Shown in pieces: positions 6,396 through 12,027 of a DNA stretch of 12,027 bases; the first letter of the stretch is position 1, and every line of letters starts with the position of its first letter. The notes under the pieces were generated by a model, which worked only from the letters and a program-made list of their open reading frames with translations, had not been told where the DNA came from and searched no databases. The translations under genes and the position numbers were made by a program. The stretch spans positions 1 through 12,027 of the forward strand of contig JBBISH010000159.1 of the NCBI GenBank assembly GCA_037441385.1, in the 5' to 3' direction. The stretch is from Myxococcales bacterium (lineage in GTDB: Bacteria > Myxococcota_A > UBA9042).

Positions 6396-7742
6396 GTGCG
6401 CAACGAATTCCCTCAGCCTTTTGGGCCTTACGAGCTGTTGCGGCGGCTCGGTCGCGGCGGCATGGCCGAGGTCTTTTTGGCCAAGGCCCCGTCGACGCGG
6501 GGCGAGAGCCGGCTGGTCGCGCTCAAGCGCATGCACGCGCAGTTGTCGGAAGATCAGAGCGCGGTCGACATGCTCGTCAAAGAGGCGCGCTTGGCGATGC
6601 AGTTCCACCACGAGAACATCGCCGAGACGTTCGAGCTAGGGGCGCACGACGGCACGTACTTCTTCATCATGGAGTACGTGGACGGCGTGGACCTGGGCAC
6701 CCTGGCCACCCTGTGCGAGAACCGGGGCGTGCGCCTGGACCCGGCACTGGTGGCCTTCGCCTGCCTGGGTATCGCGCGTGGACTGGGCTATGCGCATGAA
6801 TTGTGCGACGAAACCGGGCAGCACTTGGGCATCGTTCACCGCGACGTCAGCCCACAGAACGTGCTGATCTCGCGGCACGGCGAAGTCAAGATCATCGATT
6901 TTGGTGTAGCCAAAGTGGCCGCGCGCATTCAGCAAACCATGGCGGGCATCATCAAAGGCAAGTACGCCTACATGAGCCCAGAACAGGCCAGCGCCGAATC
7001 GGTGGACGCCCGCTCGGACGTGTTCAGTCTGGGCGTGTGCTTGTGGGAATTGCTTGCTGGCAAGCCACTATTCCGGGCCTTGGGCGCCGGTTCGCCGTTC
7101 GCCGTGCTGCGCGCGGTCCGCGAGGAGCCGATCGCTCGCGTGCACAACTTGGCCCCGGGCCTGTCGCCCGAGCTGTCGCAAATCGTGCACAAGGCGCTAG
7201 AACGCGATCGCGGCAAGCGCTACCAGTCGATGACTGCGCTGGCCGACGAGTTGCAGGGGTGGCTGGATCGGCACCACCCCGGCTACAACGAAGCCGCGCT
7301 TTCGACCAACGTGGCCAAGGTGTTGGCGGCGGCGCCCTCGGGCAGCCTTCCGCAAAATGCCATCGCCACTCCGCCGATCGCCAAGATGCGCGGCGAGGAA
7401 TTCGCTCCGTCGCAGCTGTCGGTGGTCGCGCAAAGTCCGCTTGAGCGGGCGCGTCTGCAGCCCAAGCGTTCGCCGGCAGCGCCCCAAATGACCCCTGCGG
7501 CGCGGCAAGCGTCGATGATGTACCCGCGCGCCTACCTGCAGCCGGCGCAACAGGCCGAACTGGCGGGAGTGACCGGCCCCACCGAGCCGCTCGCGCCGAT
7601 CCCGGTGCCCGACTACGCCGCGCCGGACTGGTGGCCGTCGACACGGGTCGTCAAGCAGTTCTTGTGGGTGGGGTTGGTCGCGCTGGTGTTCGCCCTGGGC
7701 TGGAGCATCATCGCCACCCTGGTGCGTACCGGGGTGCTGTAG
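6396..7742 (+). CDS. Hanks-type Ser/Thr protein kinase with C-terminal transmembrane helix
   Basis: LGRGGMAEVF (Gly loop), VALK, HRDVSPQNVLI, DFG, GKYAYMSPE and DVFSLG. A Pro/Ala-rich linker leads to TM FLWVGLVALVFALGWSIIATLV near the C-terminus. Confidence 0.95.
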   Translation: MRNEFPQPFGPYELLRRLGRGGMAEVFLAKAPSTRGESRLVALKRMHAQLSEDQSAVDMLVKEARLAMQFHHENIAETFELGAHDGTYFFIMEYVDGVDLGTLATLCENRGVRLDPALVAFACLGIARGLGYAHELCDETGQHLGIVHRDVSPQNVLISRHGEVKIIDFGVAKVAARIQQTMAGIIKGKYAYMSPEQASAESVDARSDVFSLGVCLWELLAGKPLFRALGAGSPFAVLRAVREEPIARVHNLAPGLSPELSQIVHKALERDRGKRYQSMTALADELQGWLDRHHPGYNEAALSTNVAKVLAAAPSGSLPQNAIATPPIAKMRGEEFAPSQLSVVAQSPLERARLQPKRSPAAPQMTPAARQASMMYPRAYLQPAQQAELAGVTGPTEPLAPIPVPDYAAPDWWPSTRVVKQFLWVGLVALVFALGWSIIATLVRTGVL

Positions 7743-7760
7743 CCGGCACACCCGCCCCTG

Positions 7761-9089
7761 CTAAACAGCTTTGACCTGAAACGCTGGCACGTCGAACTCG
7801 AGTGCGCCCACCTTGACCTTGACCTTGCCGGCCTGGGCGGCCACCACGGCACCCTCTTTGCCCGCCAAAAGACCAGCCGTCAGAACCACTTTGGTGCCCA
7901 CGGCCAAAGCCGGGGCAGCGGGCTTTGGCGGGGCGCTGCTGGCCCGGGGATCGGCGCGGGAATCGCCGCGGGGGTCTTGGCGCGGGTCGCGGCGGGGATC
8001 ATGGCGCGGGTCGTGACGCGGATCCTGGCGGAAGTCCTGCCGGCCTTCGCCGCGGGGCGGTCCCCCTTGCCACTGGCGATCGCCGCGGAACTCGCCCGGT
8101 CCATCGCGGCGCGGCTCGGGTCCTGGCCGCCGGTCGTCGCGCGGCGCAAAGCGCGGATCGGCAGGGCCTTGTCCCTGGCGCCGGTCGGGCCAGCGGCTGT
8201 CGCGCGGATCCGGGCGGCGGTCGTCACGTCCATCGCTGCGTCGGTCGGCCGCGCGCGCTTCCTCGGCCAGCTGCTCCTGCAGCAGCTGCCGCGTACCCAT
8301 CGGCAAGATACGCTCCAGGCTCGGCCGCTCGGGTGGCGGAGCGCGGCGCGGCGCCGCCGGGGCCTGCGGCCGGTAGGGCTGCCAAGGCCTTGCAGCCGCT
8401 TGCGTTTTTGCCGGCGGCGGCGTTGGGGGCTGGGTCTCTGCCAACGCTGGCGCGGCCGCGGGCTGGGCCTCGTGCACCGGACGCAGCGCCTGGCGCAACA
8501 TCGGTCCAGTCAACGCAAGCCATTGCGCCAACTGCTCGATCGAGTCCTCGGCCTGCAAGGCCTGGTCGCGCGGCCAGCGGCGTTCGATCTCCAGCGTGCC
8601 CGCCGCCACCTCTAGCCCCAGCATCCCGGCAAGTTCTTTCGCCGTTTCAAGCAACTCTGCTGGCAGGTGTGGCCGGTCGTAGCTGGCGTCGGCGGGCACC
8701 CGCACCACCAGGCCGATGCCGCTGGTGTCGATTTTCAGGCCGATGTGCGGGTGGTAGCGGTCTGGCTGGGTGGCCGAAAGCGTGGCGTCCTGCGCCTCGA
8801 TCGTGGCCCGTTGGGCCGAAGGCCGTGTGAGCAACGCCAACTGGCACTGCACTGCGTGTTGATTGAAGAAATTGGGCTCGTGGCGGCTGGTCCACAGCTC
8901 CAGGCCATCGGCGACCTCGGGCTGCAGCGCCACGGCCTGCTCCAAGAGCGACCGCAACCGCTCGCGGACCCGCTGCCGCTCGGGATTGAACCGGTTCGAC
9001 GCCCACTTGGGCTCGGCAAAGGCGTCGAAATCCGAATCCTGCCAACGCTCGAAGCGCTCGAACAATGCCACGCTGACCTCGCTCCCCAA
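7761..9089 (-). CDS. Hypothetical protein: globular N-terminal domain, Pro- and Arg/Asp-rich disordered linker, C-terminal KOW domain; true start may be GTG at 9071
   Basis: A 442-aa ORF fills the gap between the kinase and ilvE. The C-terminus LAVGTKVVLTAGLLAGKEGAVVAAQAGKVKVKVGALEFDVP matches the KOW pattern (G..V.I..G...G..G.V). GGGGAG/GAGGT lies upstream of the GTG at 9071. Confidence 0.8.
   Translation of the reverse strand: MGSEVSVALFERFERWQDSDFDAFAEPKWASNRFNPERQRVRERLRSLLEQAVALQPEVADGLELWTSRHEPNFFNQHAVQCQLALLTRPSAQRATIEAQDATLSATQPDRYHPHIGLKIDTSGIGLVVRVPADASYDRPHLPAELLETAKELAGMLGLEVAAGTLEIERRWPRDQALQAEDSIEQLAQWLALTGPMLRQALRPVHEAQPAAAPALAETQPPTPPPAKTQAAARPWQPYRPQAPAAPRRAPPPERPSLERILPMGTRQLLQEQLAEEARAADRRSDGRDDRRPDPRDSRWPDRRQGQGPADPRFAPRDDRRPGPEPRRDGPGEFRGDRQWQGGPPRGEGRQDFRQDPRHDPRHDPRRDPRQDPRGDSRADPRASSAPPKPAAPALAVGTKVVLTAGLLAGKEGAVVAAQAGKVKVKVGALEFDVPAFQVKAV
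7941..8036 (-). repeat. Coding tandem repeat, 8 x 12 nt, encoding DPRx tetrapeptides
   Basis: Encodes DFRQ-DPRH-DPRH-DPRR-DPRQ-DPRG-DSRA-DPRA. Units differ at synonymous positions (GAC/GAT, CCG/CCC, CGT/CGC/CGG). Confidence 0.9.
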
Positions 9090-9134
9090 AGGACGCTGCG
9101 GCGGGCGCTCGGGGGCGCCGTGCCGCGCAAGTGT

Positions 9135-10127
9135 CTAGATCGAATACGGAGTCAACCAGCTGGCATAGCGCGGCTCGCGGCCTTGCACCGTTTCGAAGTA
9201 GCGGCGCTGCAGCTGCTCGGTCAGCGGACCGCGGGCGCCGGCGCCAATGCGTCGACCATCCACCTCGCGCACTGGCGTCACTTCGGCGGCGGTGCCGGTC
9301 AAGAACACTTCGTCGGCGCAGTACAATTCGTCGCGGGCGAATTGGCGCTCTACCGTTTCGATGCCCAAGTCGCGCGCGATGTGCAAGATGGTGGCGCGGG
9401 TAATGCCGGCCAGGATGTTCATGCCCAGGGGCGGCGTCACCAGCTTGCCTTGCTGCACCATGAACAGGTTCTCGCCCGTGGCCTCGGTCACGTAGCCCTG
9501 CTCATTGAGCAGGATTGCCTCGTCGGCGCCGCAGGCCACGGCCTCGCGTTTGGCCATGATCGAGTTGACGTATTGGCCGTTGATCTTGGCCTTGCTCATC
9601 ACCGTGGCGTGGCCTGGGCGCTGGAACGCCGAGATCTTGGCGGCGATGCCGCGCTGCAGACCCGCTTCGCCCAAATAGGCGCCCCATTTCCAAGCGGCGA
9701 TCATCACGTGGATCGGGTTGTCGCGCGCGCCGATGCCCATCGCGCCCTCGGCCACGAAGATCACCGGCCGCAGGTAGCCGCTGTCCAGGTTGTTGGCGCG
9801 CAAGGTGTCGACGCAGGCTTGGCACACCTCGTCGACCGTGAACTTCAGGCCGCTGTCGATGGTGGCGATGTGCGCGCTGTCGAACAGGCGCTTGATGTGC
9901 TCGCGCAGGCGGAACACGCCGCCCTGGCCGGGCCGCTGCTCGTAGCTGCGAATTCCCTCAAAGACCGCAAGACCATAGTGAAACGAGTGCGTCAAGTGCG
10001 GCAGACGCGCTTCTTCGGCCGTCACGATGCGGCCGTTGAGCCACACGCGGGCGTCGGGCTTCTGCAGGCTGGCGGATCCCTCTACGGTCCCAGGTTCAGT
10101 CGCGGTCGGGTTCGGCGTGTGGCTCAT
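9135..10127 (-). CDS. ilvE: Branched-chain amino acid aminotransferase (PLP-dependent, class IV)
   Basis: HSFHYGLAVFEGIRSY, FRLREHIKRLFDSA, YLRP, AKINGQYVNS (PLP-binding Lys), EATGENLF, ILAGITR and ADEVFLTGTAAEVTPVREVDGR. ATG at 10127 is preferred as start because GAGGA lies just upstream and it sits downstream of the predicted promoter. Confidence 0.96.
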   Translation of the reverse strand: MSHTPNPTATEPGTVEGSASLQKPDARVWLNGRIVTAEEARLPHLTHSFHYGLAVFEGIRSYEQRPGQGGVFRLREHIKRLFDSAHIATIDSGLKFTVDEVCQACVDTLRANNLDSGYLRPVIFVAEGAMGIGARDNPIHVMIAAWKWGAYLGEAGLQRGIAAKISAFQRPGHATVMSKAKINGQYVNSIMAKREAVACGADEAILLNEQGYVTEATGENLFMVQQGKLVTPPLGMNILAGITRATILHIARDLGIETVERQFARDELYCADEVFLTGTAAEVTPVREVDGRRIGAGARGPLTEQLQRRYFETVQGREPRYASWLTPYSI

Positions 10128-10159
10128 GGGTCCTCGGCGCGCCCAATGGGGGCCGCGGC

Positions 10160-10188
10160 AGTCTAGCCGGCAGCCCGGCAAGTGTCAC
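10160..10188 (-). promoter_or_regulatory. Putative sigma70 promoter of ilvE
   Basis: Minus strand GTGACA (10188-10183; 5/6 match to TTGACA), exactly 17 nt, then TAGACT (10165-10160), about 32 nt upstream of ATG 10127. Confidence 0.6.
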
Positions 10189-10282
10189 CCCTGTCTGGGC
10201 GGGGTGGCAGCGGCGAACCCCTTGCCCTGTGGGCGCGCATGCGCTCTAGTGCCGGTGCGCTTTTCTGCGCAGCGAGGTTCCC

Positions 10283-10798
10283 GTGGCAGACCAACCGCCG
10301 TTCCACCGCTTGATCGCCCAGTGGCCCGATGCGGCGATCGAACTGGTGCAGCGCTGGCAGACCCCGGCGCAGGTCCGCGACTACCTGTTCGCCTTGGGGG
10401 TTGACACCAGCCCCGTGCTGCGCTCGCCCTTGGCGGTGCTGCGCGATCGGCTGGCCACGCCGCTGGACGGCGCGCTGCTGGCGTGTGCGGCGCTGCGGGC
10501 ACAGGGGCATCCGCCCCAGCTCGCGTTGGCGTTTGGCGACGAGGATGGCTTGGTGGCCGCGGCTCTGTTCCAGCACGAGGGCGGCTGGTGCCTGCTGCAG
10601 CACGACGGACGGCCGGCCGAGGACTTCGCGGTCTATCCCAGTGTGGAGCAGGCCTTGCGGGCGCTGAGTGGCGGCATGGCCGGCGAAGTGCGCCAGGCGG
10701 TGGTGCCGCTGCAGCCCTTGGACGCCCAGGACTGGATGGGCGACGACGGTCAGCTGGGTGGCCTGCTTGCCGTCCTAGAATTGGCCCTGGGTTTGTAG
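10283..10798 (+). CDS. Hypothetical protein, probable degenerate transglutaminase-like (papain-fold) family member
   Basis: A 171-aa ORF fills the gap exactly, with GAGG upstream of the GTG. Motif order TPAQVRDYL...RSPLAVLR...DGALLACAAL...GHPP...ALF...W...VYPSVEQ...DWM resembles a bacterial transglutaminase-like family, as recalled from memory. Confidence 0.65.
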   Translation: MADQPPFHRLIAQWPDAAIELVQRWQTPAQVRDYLFALGVDTSPVLRSPLAVLRDRLATPLDGALLACAALRAQGHPPQLALAFGDEDGLVAAALFQHEGGWCLLQHDGRPAEDFAVYPSVEQALRALSGGMAGEVRQAVVPLQPLDAQDWMGDDGQLGGLLAVLELALGL

Positions 10799-10800
10799 GC

Positions 10801-12027
10801 CTACAGCCCGTAGTAAGCGCGGGCCACCGCTTCCAGACCCTCGGGCGGGTAGCCGCGCGGGCCCTGGTACTTGAAGCCGTTGACGTACACCGCCGGGGTG
10901 CCGCTGACGCCGGCCTTCTGCGCCTCTTGCACGTCGCGCCCGATCACCGACTTGCCCGCGCCCGACTCCAGGTCCTTCTTGAATTTGGCCGCATCGGCGC
11001 CGATCTGCTCGGCGAACTTGACCAGGTTGTCCTGGTCCAGCGACTGCTGGTTGTTGAACAGCACGTCGTGGTAGGCCCAGAACTTGTCCTGACCCTGCTG
11101 CAGGATCGCCATCGACGCCTCAGCTGCGCCTTGCGCCTTGTCGTGGATGTCCAGCGGCATGTGCTTGTAGACGATCGCCACGTCGTTGGGGAATTTCTTC
11201 TGGAATTCATGCAGATTGGGGCCAATCTTGCTGCAGAACGGGCACTGGAAATCCTCGAAGACGACCACCTGAATCTTGGCGTTCGGCTTGCCCAGGATCG
11301 GGCTGTTCGTCAGATCAAACGTCTGCTTGGGGCCGGCCATCTGCTCGAAGTTCTTGCCGCCCTTGATGATGTCGGCGTACAGCTCGTTGCCCTTCTTGCC
11401 GTACTGCTTGGCGTAGTCCGGGGCCTTCTTGATCTGCTCTTCGATGATGGGCTTGAGGCGCTCGTAGGTCTTGGGGGCGGCCAGGCGGACGCCATTGACC
11501 ATGATGTTGGGGTAGGTGTTGGCGGCCACTTCGCTGGCGAGCAGCGAGTCGCGGTAGACCTGGGTGCGGTACTTGCCGGCGTCGACTTCTTGCTTGGCTT
11601 TGGCCCAGTTGACGCCCACTTCCTTGGCCGCCGACTCGATCTGCGACGGCGAGATGGACGACGACTTCATCAGCTTGTCGAACAGCGGCCAGAACTTGCC
11701 CTGGGCGTTGGCGGCGGCGGCGATCTCGGCGGCAAACAGCGCGTCGGGGTGCGGCACGGGCACCACCTTGTGCTTGTAGCGGATCTGCACCTTGTCGCCA
11801 AAATCCTTGACGATGTTCTCGACCGCTGGCGCGAAGTCGACCGACTCCTGGTTGCCGAAGCTAGAGAACAGCACGATCTTGACGTTGGCCGAGTCGGGGC
11901 CGCGCTTGGCGTCGTCGTCGTGGATCGCCGCGCGCCAGATCTGGTTGGGATCGACGGGAGCACTGGGGGCCTGGCTGGGCGCAGCGGCCGCGGCCGGCGA
12001 CGGGCTGGGCGAGGGCGACGGGGCCGG
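10801..12027 (-). CDS. DsbA-family thioredoxin-fold protein with tandem domains; 5'-truncated by the window edge
   Basis: Frame is open from 12027 (PAPSPSPSPSPAAAAAPSQAPSAPVDPNQIWR...KRGPDSANVKIVLF) to TAG at 10801. The C-terminal domain has FEDFQCPFC (CXXC at 11233-11244), YKHMPL, KFWAYHDVLF and GVSGTPAVYVNG. The preceding domain is an evident paralogous repeat. Codon bias is very strong. Confidence 0.93.
   Translation of the reverse strand, partial: PAPSPSPSPSPAAAAAPSQAPSAPVDPNQIWRAAIHDDDAKRGPDSANVKIVLFSSFGNQESVDFAPAVENIVKDFGDKVQIRYKHKVVPVPHPDALFAAEIAAAANAQGKFWPLFDKLMKSSSISPSQIESAAKEVGVNWAKAKQEVDAGKYRTQVYRDSLLASEVAANTYPNIMVNGVRLAAPKTYERLKPIIEEQIKKAPDYAKQYGKKGNELYADIIKGGKNFEQMAGPKQTFDLTNSPILGKPNAKIQVVVFEDFQCPFCSKIGPNLHEFQKKFPNDVAIVYKHMPLDIHDKAQGAAEASMAILQQGQDKFWAYHDVLFNNQQSLDQDNLVKFAEQIGADAAKFKKDLESGAGKSVIGRDVQEAQKAGVSGTPAVYVNGFKYQGPRGYPPEGLEAVARAYYGL

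Noticed and set aside
6276..6611. N-terminal extension of ORF 5760..6611
   Set aside because: It overlaps the kinase on the opposite strand. ATG 6275 has a perfect AGGAGG SD and directly begins the TM helix.
7941..8036. Tandem repeat as a CRISPR array or phase-variation tract
   Set aside because: The 12-nt in-frame units have no spacers and are synonymously diverged, and no cas genes are present.
8667..10166. 499-aa plus-strand ORF antisense to ilvE and the KOW gene
   Set aside because: It is a shadow frame of GC-rich genes with no domain signature, and the minus-strand ilvE is unambiguous.
10128..10181. 18-codon N-terminal extension of ilvE from TTG 10181
   Set aside because: It would start inside the predicted promoter. 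ATG 10127 has an SD-like sequence.
10222..10250. TTGCCC plus palindrome GCGCATGCGC upstream of the 10283 gene as promoter/operator
   Set aside because: There is no TAnnnT at the proper spacing, and short GC palindromes are common at this composition.

Overview
GC-rich, densely coding bacterial window with ten probable genes. The gene mix suggests Myxococcota or a related deltaproteobacterial lineage (inference). In order: (1) 3' end of a membrane-anchored SH3b protein (+); (2-3) a translationally coupled minus-strand pair, a 751-aa stand-alone TPR-like solenoid and a sigma54 enhancer-binding protein with a degenerate FHA-like N-terminus and two tandem C-terminal HTHs; (4) a PlsC-like acyltransferase with non-canonical motifs (+); (5) a small membrane-anchored PH/GRAM-like protein (-); (6) a Hanks-type Ser/Thr kinase with a C-terminal TM helix (+); (7) an uncharacterised protein with a globular N-terminus, a disordered DPRx-repeat linker and a C-terminal KOW domain (-); (8) ilvE (-); (9) an apparently catalytically dead transglutaminase-like protein (+); (10) 3' part of a tandem-domain DsbA-like protein in which one domain lacks CXXC (-). 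Four sigma70-like promoters are visible. I saw no RNA genes, CRISPR arrays or mobile elements. The best candidates for undescribed biology are the TPR/EBP/kinase signalling cluster, the KOW-DPRx protein and three enzymes with altered active sites. All family assignments come from reading motifs by eye, with no database searches.
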